A stretch of DNA of 32,000 nucleotides, from positions 7,993 to 39,992 of the forward strand of contig NZ_JADPVH010000028.1 in the NCBI RefSeq assembly GCF_026932795.1, written 5' to 3'. The notes under the pieces are model-generated. The model was not told the DNA's origin and did no database searches. It saw nothing but the letters and a program-made list of their open reading frames with translations. The stretch comes from Paenarthrobacter sp. Z7-10 (GTDB lineage Bacteria; Actinomycetota; Actinomycetes; Actinomycetales; Micrococcaceae). Of the stretch, positions 8,903 to 17,027 are shown in pieces. How positions within the stretch are numbered: position 1 is the stretch's first letter; each line of letters begins with the position of its first letter. A program made the translations under genes and the position numbers.

Positions 8903-9871
8903 GTGGCCGGCCAAGGCGCGGTGGTTGCTGCCGGGGAAGCGCAGTTCCGGGCCGCCGGGGAGCGGATCAGCACCCTGCTGGATGGGCTGTCGGCCGGTGG
9001 CGCCGTAGCCCACGAACGAGCCGAAGAGCTGGTGCGGCAGGTAACGGACCTGTACGGCGCGGGGCTGGAACGCATCTTGGGCGTGCTCAGTGAGCGGGGA
9101 GCCCTCGACGACGACACGCTGGAAGCCCTCTGCGCCGATGAGCTGATCTGCGGTCTTCTGCTGGTCCACGGCCTGCACCCGCAGGACGTTCCGGCCCGGG
9201 TGTCGGCCGCGCTGGAGAGCGTGCGCCCGTATCTGGGATCACACGGCGGGGACGTCGAACTGCTGGGCATCGACGACGACGGCGTGGTGCGCCTGCGTCT
9301 GCTCGGCAGCTGCCACGGCTGCCCGTCGTCGTCAGTCACACTGAAGCTGGCCGTCGAGGACGCCATCCTCTCCGCCGCGCCGGAGGTGACATCCATCCAA
9401 GTCCAGGCGGAGGAGCAACCGGCCGCGTCCCCGGCCCTGATCCCCCTCGAAGCGCTGCGGCTCCGCCTGGACCAGCCTGGGAGCGGGCACGGCACCGGCT
9501 CGCCGGCCGGTGCTTGGGAGTCCGCTCCGGAACTGGCCGGGCTGGAACCCGGTGAAGTGGCAGGCTTCCTGATCGGCTCCGTGCCGGTGCTCGCCTGCCG
9601 GTCCGGCCAAGATATCTATGCGTACCGGGACTATTGCCCGCGCTGCACGGGTTCGCTGGCGGGAGCCGTGCTGCAGCGCGCCCTGGCCGCCGCCGCCGGC
9701 GGTGGTTTGCTGCGCTGTCCCACCTGCCGCAGCCACTTCGACGTCCGCAAGGCGGGGATCTGTCTGGAGGAGACGGACCTGCACCTTGACCCACTGCCGC
9801 TGTTGGTGCGCAGCGGCGTTCTGTCCGTGGCCGTGCCCGTTTCGGTGCCCGTGGCCGGGGGCACGGCGTAA
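8903..9871 (+). CDS. hhyE: HhyE-like putative Fe-S protein: NifU-like domain plus a Rieske-like domain with all-Cys ligands
   Basis: GTG 8903 lies 2 nt after the hhyL stop, in the frame of track ORF 8819..9871. The NifU C-terminal-type segment is LGSHGGDVELLGIDDDGVVRLRLLGSCHGCPSS. The C-terminal half has YCPRCTGSL ... LRCPTCRSHFDVRKAG, arranged like Rieske CxH...CxxH boxes. Confidence 0.75.
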   Translation: MAGQGAVVAAGEAQFRAAGERISTLLDGLSAGGAVAHERAEELVRQVTDLYGAGLERILGVLSERGALDDDTLEALCADELICGLLLVHGLHPQDVPARVSAALESVRPYLGSHGGDVELLGIDDDGVVRLRLLGSCHGCPSSSVTLKLAVEDAILSAAPEVTSIQVQAEEQPAASPALIPLEALRLRLDQPGSGHGTGSPAGAWESAPELAGLEPGEVAGFLIGSVPVLACRSGQDIYAYRDYCPRCTGSLAGAVLQRALAAAAGGGLLRCPTCRSHFDVRKAGICLEETDLHLDPLPLLVRSGVLSVAVPVSVPVAGGTA

Positions 9872-10596
9872 TGAGCCTGGACACTTCGCCGGACGCCGGC
9901 AGTGGTGTCCGGCCCAGGGGCGGTGCACTGTCCCAACCCACGCTGTCCGTGCTGCGCCGGATTGCCAGTTCCCGGCCGCAGCCTACCGTCGGCGAGCGCT
10001 GTGACATGTGCGCGGAGCCGATCCCGGCAACCCATCAGCATGTCGTGGACGTGGACAGCCGCGCGATGATGTGCACCTGCCGGCCGTGCTACCTCCTGTT
10101 CACCGACAGCACCGCCCATCTGCGCTACCGCTCTGTCCCCGACCGTTACCTGTCCTTTCCCTCCTTTGAGCTGGGCCAGGGGCAATGGGACGAACTGGAG
10201 ATACCCGTGGGACTGGCGTTCTTCTTCGCCAACTCCCAGCTGGGGCGCGTGGTGGCGTTCTATCCCGGCCCCGCCGGGGCCACCGAATCCGAATTGCCGC
10301 TTGGCGCCTGGGACGGCGTTCGGGCCGCGAACCCGGAGCTGGAAACCGCCCGCCCGGACACCGAGGCGCTGCTGATCCGCGCACCGGGACCGGAACGGCA
10401 GGTAGCGGACTGCCATCTGGTGCCCATCGACGCCTGCTATGAGCTGGTGGGTCAACTGCGCCGGGTCTGGCGGGGGTTCGACGGCGGCCAGCAGGCCCGC
10501 GCCCAGCTGGCGGAGTTCTTCGACAAAGTCTGCAGCCGCAGCAAGGACGCACCCGCCTGCCTGCCCGACGTCACTTCCGGGGGGCGGCGGCCATGA
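9871..10596 (+). CDS. Conserved hydrogenase-cluster protein of unknown function with a Cys cluster
   Basis: The start overlaps the upstream stop (TAATG). It has a CX2C-X20-CXCX2C cluster (CDMCAEP...MMCTCRPCYLLF). Confidence 0.7.
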   Translation: MSLDTSPDAGSGVRPRGGALSQPTLSVLRRIASSRPQPTVGERCDMCAEPIPATHQHVVDVDSRAMMCTCRPCYLLFTDSTAHLRYRSVPDRYLSFPSFELGQGQWDELEIPVGLAFFFANSQLGRVVAFYPGPAGATESELPLGAWDGVRAANPELETARPDTEALLIRAPGPERQVADCHLVPIDACYELVGQLRRVWRGFDGGQQARAQLAEFFDKVCSRSKDAPACLPDVTSGGRRP

Positions 10597-11234
10597 CTGA
10601 TCTGGAGTTCGCGGTTCGGGACATCGTGCCAGAGCCCTACGCCGCCGCGCCCCAGCTCACCGCGCGGCTGCACATTACCGAATCGAGCGGTGCCGCCGTC
10701 CATGCCATCGCGCTGCGCTGCCAGGTCCGCATCCAACCCCAACGCCGCGCTTACGATGCGGAGGAGGAGGCTGGTTTGACGGATCTCTTCGGCCCGCGCG
10801 TCCGCTGGCCGTCCACCCTGAAGCCGTTCCTGTGGATGCAGTGCGGCACCATGGTGCAGGGTTTCAGCTCAGGCACCGAAGTGGATCTTCCGCTCCCCTG
10901 CACGTACGACTTCGACGTCGCAGCTGCCAAATACCTTCATGCACTGCGGGACAGGAATATTGCTTTGGACTTCCTTTTTTCCGGCACGGTCTTCACCAAG
11001 GGCAGCAACGGCTTTGGTGTGGAGCAGGTGCCGTGGGACCGGGAAGCGTCCTACCAACTGCCGGTTTCCGTCTGGCGGGAGCTGATGGACAGTTTCTTCC
11101 CCAACTCCGGCTGGATCCGGCTGGACCGCGACATGCTCTCTGCGCTGGCGCAGTACAAATCCGCCCGCGGGCTGATCTCCTGGGACGCCGCCGTGGAGAG
11201 CCTGCTGGCCAAGGCGGGTGAGCCCGTCCAATGA
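10593..11234 (+). CDS. Hypothetical protein, hydrogenase-cluster associated
   Basis: ATGA start/stop overlap with the upstream gene. 213 aa with no motif I recognise; coding-like GC3 bias. Confidence 0.65.
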   Translation: MTDLEFAVRDIVPEPYAAAPQLTARLHITESSGAAVHAIALRCQVRIQPQRRAYDAEEEAGLTDLFGPRVRWPSTLKPFLWMQCGTMVQGFSSGTEVDLPLPCTYDFDVAAAKYLHALRDRNIALDFLFSGTVFTKGSNGFGVEQVPWDREASYQLPVSVWRELMDSFFPNSGWIRLDRDMLSALAQYKSARGLISWDAAVESLLAKAGEPVQ

Positions 11235-12673
11235 GTACCAGCCTAAGTCTGGCCCGCGTCATCGCCGACGCGGTGCTCTATGAGGGATATCTGCTCTACC
11301 CCTACCGCGCCTCCTCCCAAAAGAATCAGTCACGCTGGCAGTTCGGCATCCTTGGGCCACCGGGGGCCTCGGCGGCCGGCGTGGGCGAAGAGTCATCAAT
11401 GTTTGCGGATTGTCTGCTGCAGGCCGGTCCCGCGGCCGGCATCGAAGTGCGGATCCGCTTCCTTGCGCTGCAGACCCGCACGGCGGAAAAGGCCAACGAC
11501 GACGACGGCTTCACCGAGGTGCCGGAACTGCGGATTGGCGCCCTGCGTTGGTTGAGCTGGGACGAAGCGACCGAGCACGAGGTGGCGTTGGGCCCTTTCA
11601 ACACGGCCGAACTGATGGCCGGGTGCAGCATTCCTGTGCAGATCCCCGCCAGCCGCGAAATCGAGCCGCTGATCGATGCCAGCGGAAACGTCGCCGGCAG
11701 ACTGGTGCGAAGCCGCCGCGCGCTGCAGGGAACGGTAACGCTGCAGGCGGCCGAAGTTCGCGGCAGCTTCGCGGGTACCGGCCGGCTGCTGCGGGTTCGC
11801 GTGACGGCCGAGAATACAGCCGCAGGGGTGGCGTCGGACAAGCAGGTTGCGATCGCCACGTCGTTTATCGGCACGCACCTGCTCCTGAGCGTCGAGGACT
11901 CGGACTTCCTCTCCCTGCTCGATCCGCCGGAGGCCGCCCGGGAGGCTGCCGCTTCCTGCTCCCAGCACCGATGCTGGCCAGTGCTGGCCGGCCCCGAAGG
12001 CCAGACCGATGTCCTGCTGCTCTCCCCCATCATTTTGTATGACCACCCGGCAGTGGCCCCGGAAAGCTCCGTGGCCCTGTTCGATGCAACCGAAATCGAC
12101 GAGATCCTCACGCTGCGGATACTGACGCTCACGGAGGAGGAAAAGTCCGAAGCGCGGGCCACGGACCCGCGGGCCGGCGCAATCATCGATAAGTGTGAGG
12201 CGATGAGTGCAGACGAACTCGCACAGTTGCACGGCGCACTGCGGAACCCGCATGCCCTCGATGATACCGCCGGCACGGCCGCAGTGCCCACGGCTGGAGG
12301 ACCCCCCATGGGGGCGGATGTCTTCCCCGGACTTTCCGGGTTGTCCTCAACGGAGGCTCCCTGGTGGGATCCGGCCGAAGATGCCAGCGTTCGCCCGGAA
12401 ACCGACGCGGTGATGATCGATGGAATTCCGGTGGCCCGGGGCAGCCGGGTGACAATCACCCCGCGGCGCCGGGCGGACGCGCAGGATCTCTTCTCCGCCG
12501 GGCAGATCGCCCGCGTGACGGGTGTCCACTTCGACGTCGACGGCAGCACCCATGTCGCCGTCGTCATCGAAGCAGACCCGGCGGCGGAACTACAGGAATG
12601 GTATGGCCGGTACCTTTATTTTGCGCCGGACGAGCTGGAGCCGCTGGTGCCCGAGCCGCGGAACAACCGATGA
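11231..12673 (+). CDS. Hypothetical protein, hydrogenase-cluster associated
   Basis: ATGA start/stop overlap with the upstream gene. 480 aa with no recognised motif. The long antisense ORF (11326..12567) is Ser/Arg/Ala-rich in a way typical of GC-rich antisense artefacts. Confidence 0.65.
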   Translation: MSTSLSLARVIADAVLYEGYLLYPYRASSQKNQSRWQFGILGPPGASAAGVGEESSMFADCLLQAGPAAGIEVRIRFLALQTRTAEKANDDDGFTEVPELRIGALRWLSWDEATEHEVALGPFNTAELMAGCSIPVQIPASREIEPLIDASGNVAGRLVRSRRALQGTVTLQAAEVRGSFAGTGRLLRVRVTAENTAAGVASDKQVAIATSFIGTHLLLSVEDSDFLSLLDPPEAAREAAASCSQHRCWPVLAGPEGQTDVLLLSPIILYDHPAVAPESSVALFDATEIDEILTLRILTLTEEEKSEARATDPRAGAIIDKCEAMSADELAQLHGALRNPHALDDTAGTAAVPTAGGPPMGADVFPGLSGLSSTEAPWWDPAEDASVRPETDAVMIDGIPVARGSRVTITPRRRADAQDLFSAGQIARVTGVHFDVDGSTHVAVVIEADPAAELQEWYGRYLYFAPDELEPLVPEPRNNR

Positions 12674-12686
12674 AAGGAAAGCCATC

Positions 12687-12806
12687 ATGAAAATTATTGG
12701 AATGGCCGCCACGGCCATGGCACTGGCGGCCGCCGGGCTGGCGGTCGTGGTCGGGCTGCGTTCTGTTCCCGACGTCCAGCGATATTTGAAAATACGTCAG
12801 ATGTGA
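12687..12806 (+). CDS. 39-aa single-pass membrane micro-protein
   Basis: ATG 12687 is preceded by gaaaggaaag. The product is MKIIGMAATAMALAAAGLAVVVGLRSVPDVQRYLKIRQM, with one hydrophobic helix. Its stop overlaps the next gene's GTG (ATGTGA). Confidence 0.45.
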   Translation: MKIIGMAATAMALAAAGLAVVVGLRSVPDVQRYLKIRQM

Positions 12807-13444
12807 ACTATTTCCTGCAGCATCCCGAAGCACCGGCGCTACAGACGCCGGGGACTCAGACGCGGGTCCTGGTGGCAGGCATCGGCAACATATTCCGGGG
12901 CGACGACGGTTTTGGACCCGAGGTGATTACGCGCCTCATCGACACTGCCGGCGGCGTCGGGAATCCGGGAGTGCGGCTGGTGGACTATGGCATCCGCGGA
13001 CTGCATCTGGCTCTGGACCTGCTGGACGGCGTGGACGCCCTGATACTCGTGGATGCGCTGCCCGCGCCGGAGGCCACCGGCGCCGGCCGCGATGAGAAGG
13101 TAACGGGCGCCATGGTGCCCGGCAGCATCCGCATCCTGGCGATTGGGCCCGAAGACATCCGCAGTGCTGGGCTGCCCTTCGGTCCAGCCCTGGATCCGCA
13201 CGGTATGGACCCGTTCACCGTGCTGAAACGCCTGAGTGCCATGGGCGGTTTCCTGCCGTTGACCTATCTGGTGGGCTGCACCGTGGCCTCAATCGAGGAC
13301 GGCATTGGCCTGTCCCGGGAAGTATCCCGTTCCGTGCCCGCAGCTGTGGCCGCGGTCAGGAACCTTATCGCGACCACCATCCCGGCCCGGCTGCCGGCGG
13401 TGGCGGCACCCGCAGCGAATGTTCAAGGCCGCCAGCAACTGTAA
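12803..13444 (+). CDS. hupD: Hydrogenase maturation endopeptidase (HupD/HyaD/HybD family)
   Basis: VLVAGIGNIFRGDDGFGPEV and LILVDAL motifs. The start is uncertain: GTG 12803 is coupled to the micro-ORF, and GTG 12872 is an alternative. Confidence 0.85.
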   Translation: MNYFLQHPEAPALQTPGTQTRVLVAGIGNIFRGDDGFGPEVITRLIDTAGGVGNPGVRLVDYGIRGLHLALDLLDGVDALILVDALPAPEATGAGRDEKVTGAMVPGSIRILAIGPEDIRSAGLPFGPALDPHGMDPFTVLKRLSAMGGFLPLTYLVGCTVASIEDGIGLSREVSRSVPAAVAAVRNLIATTIPARLPAVAAPAANVQGRQQL

Positions 13445-13473
13445 CTGAACCACAGACCGTAAGGAGAACGCCG

Positions 13474-13731
13474 ATGTGCTTAGGAATTCCCGGCCGGGTG
13501 CTGGAACGCCTTCCCGGCTACGGTGATCAGCTGGCTCTGGTGGATGTGGCTGGCGTCCAGCGGAAAATCAACATTGGACTGTTGGATGAGGGTCCTCTGG
13601 AGCCGGGAACCTGGGTCATTATCCACATGGGATTTGCGCTGGAGCGGGTGGACCAGGCGGGCGCCGATCATGCCATGGACTCACTGGAGCTGATGGGCAG
13701 CGGCCCGCTCGGGGAGGACGAAACGCCCTGA
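13474..13731 (+). CDS. hypC: Hydrogenase assembly chaperone HypC/HupF
   Basis: MCLGIPGRVLE N-terminus, 85 aa, ...WVIIHMGFALERV; RBS aaggag upstream. Confidence 0.92.
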   Translation: MCLGIPGRVLERLPGYGDQLALVDVAGVQRKINIGLLDEGPLEPGTWVIIHMGFALERVDQAGADHAMDSLELMGSGPLGEDETP

Positions 13732-14544
13732 TCAGCCTTCGAGCGCCACGGCCGTTCCCCGGTGCTCCACCGAGCCGTTGGCAATTTTCAGGTGCCGGGC
13801 GGTGAAGTACCGCAACCGCTGGAGCTGACCCACGCTCAGCCTGTCGCAGATCCAATCCCAATGCAGCGAGACCGCGTCGCCTGCCGCAAGGCCAGCGACG
13901 AAGCCGCTCCCGTTGATCGCAAACCTCGCCGTCTCCACCTTGGCCTCGCCCAGCGAAAGCATCCGTCCGTCCCAAGCCAGCGGCCTGGAGCGAACCACTG
14001 CTTCATCACCCGTGATCGCCAACACCTCGCCCCAGCGGATACGGCACTGGTCCAGCACGTTTAAGGCGGTGGCAAAGCGCCGGTCATCGCGGAGCAGGCC
14101 CAGCCAGGGATAAATCTCCAAAACATGGAAACTATGGTGTGGAACGCCGCCGGCCAGGACTCCCTCCACCAGATGCGAAAACTGGGTCCCGGTGCGGGCA
14201 CGGAAACGGTCCTCCATGGAGTTGCCAATGTTTCGCACACCGACCCGCTCCAGCAGCGGATTGCCGACCCAATATGCCTCGACCACCCGGTAATCGAGCG
14301 GATCCGCGATGCCGGTGGCGCCGGCGATCAGCTCGAGATAGGGCCAGGCTCCGGCAAACCCCTTGGCTAGTTCGCGCAACCCGGAATCGGTGACGCCGGC
14401 CTGGCCATAATGCAGCAGCGCGTCGCTGTCCGCGGGTCCACAGCTGCCACGGGAATTGGGCGGATAGGCATAACGGACAAACAATTGGGCGCCGTTGACA
14501 ACACTGCTGATTCCGCCGTCGACCACCGTGCCGGAATTTATCAC
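13732..14544 (-). CDS. Conserved hypothetical protein with an internal HypC-like segment
   Basis: Minus-strand ORF whose stop directly abuts the hypC stop (TGATCA). I prefer GTG 14544 (VINSGTVVDGG...) to the track's TTG 14622. The N-terminal part has LFVRYAYPPNSRGSCGP. The C-terminal part, CRIRWGEVLAITGDEAVV...GDAVSLHWDW, resembles HypC (CLGIPGRVL...G.WVIIHMGF). Confidence 0.6.
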   Translation of the reverse strand: MINSGTVVDGGISSVVNGAQLFVRYAYPPNSRGSCGPADSDALLHYGQAGVTDSGLRELAKGFAGAWPYLELIAGATGIADPLDYRVVEAYWVGNPLLERVGVRNIGNSMEDRFRARTGTQFSHLVEGVLAGGVPHHSFHVLEIYPWLGLLRDDRRFATALNVLDQCRIRWGEVLAITGDEAVVRSRPLAWDGRMLSLGEAKVETARFAINGSGFVAGLAAGDAVSLHWDWICDRLSVGQLQRLRYFTARHLKIANGSVEHRGTAVALEG

Positions 14545-14725
14545 GTCTGGGCCTCGTTCCGCAAGGGTAAAGCTTTCACACAAGCTAGTCGGAACGCTAG
14601 CACCACGGCCCCACCGCCACAAGGAGCCGGATCATACCATTGACACCCCCGCTGTTCAGGCGGATGCTCTAAGCAACAGAGCCCGAGCAGCTCCGACTGC
14701 TCTTTCGCCGCTAGGAGGCCAGCCT

Positions 14726-15865
14726 GTGGAGCGTTCCGCGCTGAATCGCCGGTCGGTTCTGACCATGGGATTGCTCGGCGGCGGCGCGGCCCTGCTGTCC
14801 TCCTGCGGCTCGGCAGGGGCGGGAGCGCCCGTGTCCGCACCCGCAGCAGGAAAGAGCATCCAGCTGACCGATCAGCGTGGAAAGGTCCTGACCTTTGATC
14901 GGCCCCTTACCCGCGTGGTGACCATCCCAATGCCCACGGCATCACTGCTGATCGCCGTGGATCGGCGGGCGGATCACCTGGTCGGCATGCATAACGCCTC
15001 CTGGCAGGCCATCCGGTCCGGAACCATGGGCAGGATGTTTCCCGACGCACTCAAGATTCCGCACGGCATCGCCACAGCGGACTTCACTCCCAATGTGGAG
15101 AGCATCCGCGCACTGAACCCTGAGGCTGTGGTTCAATGGAGTGATTCCCAATTGACCGACCCACTGGAAAACGCCGGTCTGAAGGTAATCGGGCTGGCCA
15201 ACACCGGTCAACAGTCAGATGTTGACGCGTGGATAAGCCTCTTCGCGGCCATGCTGGGCAAGCCTGACCGGGCCATGGAAATGAAGGCACGCAGCGACGA
15301 CGAGCTGCACACCATCCTGGCCCTGGCCTCCGGCCGGTCCGGCCCAGGTCCGGGCGTGCTGTACTTCAACCGCTTCAGCGGTGGCCTCAAGGTGGCCGGC
15401 AACGGCAGCTACAACGATTTCTACATTAAGGCCGTTGGCGCCCGCAATCCCGCCACCGGCGATGCCGGCGTCAAGGGCTCGGGCATGGTCGGGGTGGACA
15501 TCGAACAGGTGTTGGCCTGGAACCCGGACATCATGCTGCTGGGCAATTTCGATGACGCCCTTCCCCCGGATCTTTATTCCGATTCCGTCTGGCAGAACGT
15601 GGCGGCCGTCCGCAACCGCCGAGTCTACAAAGTACCGCTGGGCGGTTATCGTTGGGATCCCCCGGGGCAGGAATCGCCACTGATGTGGCGATGGCTCACG
15701 GATATCTGTTTTCCGCGCTCGGGTGCCTCGACGCTGCGCGGCGTCATTCCGGGCTACTTTGATTTCCTGTACGGCCGCAAGCCGGATCAGGAGGAGATTG
15801 ACACCATGTTGTGGATGAACGCGAACAGCCGGTCGGCCAATTACCAGCAATTCCATGGCAAGTGA
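14726..15865 (+). CDS. ABC importer substrate-binding lipoprotein, Fec/Fhu/Btu (metal-chelate) type
   Basis: GTG 14726 is preceded by aggagg (14713-14718). The signal sequence VERSALNRRSVLTMGLLGGGAALLSSCGS is twin-arginine-like and ends in a lipobox Cys. A FecCD permease and an ATPase follow. Confidence 0.85.
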   Translation: MERSALNRRSVLTMGLLGGGAALLSSCGSAGAGAPVSAPAAGKSIQLTDQRGKVLTFDRPLTRVVTIPMPTASLLIAVDRRADHLVGMHNASWQAIRSGTMGRMFPDALKIPHGIATADFTPNVESIRALNPEAVVQWSDSQLTDPLENAGLKVIGLANTGQQSDVDAWISLFAAMLGKPDRAMEMKARSDDELHTILALASGRSGPGPGVLYFNRFSGGLKVAGNGSYNDFYIKAVGARNPATGDAGVKGSGMVGVDIEQVLAWNPDIMLLGNFDDALPPDLYSDSVWQNVAAVRNRRVYKVPLGGYRWDPPGQESPLMWRWLTDICFPRSGASTLRGVIPGYFDFLYGRKPDQEEIDTMLWMNANSRSANYQQFHGK

Positions 15866-17027
15866 GCTCCGCGGGCACCAATCGGGACGCCTCCGCGCGC
15901 ACCAATCGGCACGTCTCCTCCAGCGCCAACCGCCACGCCTGCTCCAGCACCAGTCGGGAGGCCCGCGGCAGGACCAACCGGGGCTCCTCCGGAGGTCCGC
16001 GGCTGGCCCCGGGCCCAGGATTAGAGGTCCCATCGCAGGCACCGCGCTCCTGTTGCTGGTCATCTCTTTGCTGGCGCTGGCGTTGGGACGCTTTGACGTT
16101 TCTTTCTGGCATGTGCCCCAGATCCTGATTTCCCGCGTTCTGCCGCTGCAGGTGCCGGTGGATGCGTCCGAGGAAACCGTGGTGCTGCTGGTGCGGCTGC
16201 CCCGCGTTCTGCTGGCCCTGCTGGTGGGCGGCGGACTGGCCATCGGCGGCGCCGCTCTGCAGGCCATCTTCCGCAACCCCCTGGTCAGCCCGGAGATCAT
16301 CGGCGTTTCGGCCGGAGCGTCCTTTGGCGGTGCGCTGGCGCTGCTGTTCGGCCTGGGATCCCTGGTGTTGGTGGGTGGTTCCTTCACCTTCGGACTCGCT
16401 GCGTTGTGCCTGCTCTTCCTCATCACCGCCGGCAGGGGCGGCACTCCACTGCTGATGATCGTGCTGGGCGGAGTGGTGGTGGGTTCGTTTTTCTCCGCCC
16501 TCGTGGCGCTCATCACCTACCTTGCCGATCCGTTCACCACTCTGCCGGCGATTGTCTTCTGGCTGTTGGGCAGCGTCGCGAGCGCCAATTACGCAAAAGT
16601 GCTTACCGCCGTCGTGCCGATCCTGGTCGGGACCGGTACCCTGCTTGCCCTGCGCTGGCGGATCAACGTCCTCTCGCTCGGCGATGAAGATGCCGCGGCG
16701 CTGGGGCTGCGGCCACGCATCCTGCGCTGGGTGGTGCTGATCGCCGTGGCGCTGATCGTGGCGGGCGCGGTGGCCGTCAGTGGCGTGATCAGCTGGGTGG
16801 GACTGGTCATTCCCCATCTGGCGCGAATGTGGGTTGGCCCGGATCACCGGGTGTTGCTGCCCGTCAGCTTTTTCCTGGGTGGAGCCTACATCGTTGCCGT
16901 GGACACCGTGGCGCGCACGCTTACAGCCGGGGAAATTCCACTGGGTGTGCTGACCGCCCTGATTGGTGCTCCCGTGTTTTTCCTGCTGCTGCGCCGCCAT
17001 CGCGACAGGATCTGGGACAGTGCTTGA
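15855..17027 (+). CDS. FecCD-family ABC permease with a repeat-containing N-terminal extension
   Basis: Core motif [33 protein letters not shown] and multiple TM segments. ATG 15855 overlaps the binding-protein stop. There is no other in-frame ATG or GTG before the first TM helix. Confidence 0.85.
   Translation: MASELRGHQSGRLRAHQSARLLQRQPPRLLQHQSGGPRQDQPGLLRRSAAGPGPRIRGPIAGTALLLLVISLLALALGRFDVSFWHVPQILISRVLPLQVPVDASEETVVLLVRLPRVLLALLVGGGLAIGGAALQAIFRNPLVSPEIIGVSAGASFGGALALLFGLGSLVLVGGSFTFGLAALCLLFLITAGRGGTPLLMIVLGGVVVGSFFSALVALITYLADPFTTLPAIVFWLLGSVASANYAKVLTAVVPILVGTGTLLALRWRINVLSLGDEDAAALGLRPRILRWVVLIAVALIVAGAVAVSGVISWVGLVIPHLARMWVGPDHRVLLPVSFFLGGAYIVAVDTVARTLTAGEIPLGVLTALIGAPVFFLLLRRHRDRIWDSA
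15877..15996 (+). repeat. Five degenerate in-frame tandem 24-bp repeats
   Basis: Units start at 15877, 15901, 15925, 15949 and 15973 (caccaatcgggacgcctccgcgcg / caccaatcggcacgtctcctccag / cgccaaccgccacgcctgctccag / caccagtcgggaggcccgcggcag / gaccaaccggggctcctccggagg). They encode [40 protein letters not shown]. Confidence 0.85.

Noticed and set aside
14545-14725. Possible cobalamin riboswitch or iron box upstream of the Btu/Fec-type binding protein
   Set aside because: I could not find a B12-box-like element or the conserved riboswitch core. I found only a weak 5-bp inverted repeat (gctag-N8-ctagc) and a TTGACA hexamer without a convincing -10. A covariance-model scan would settle it.
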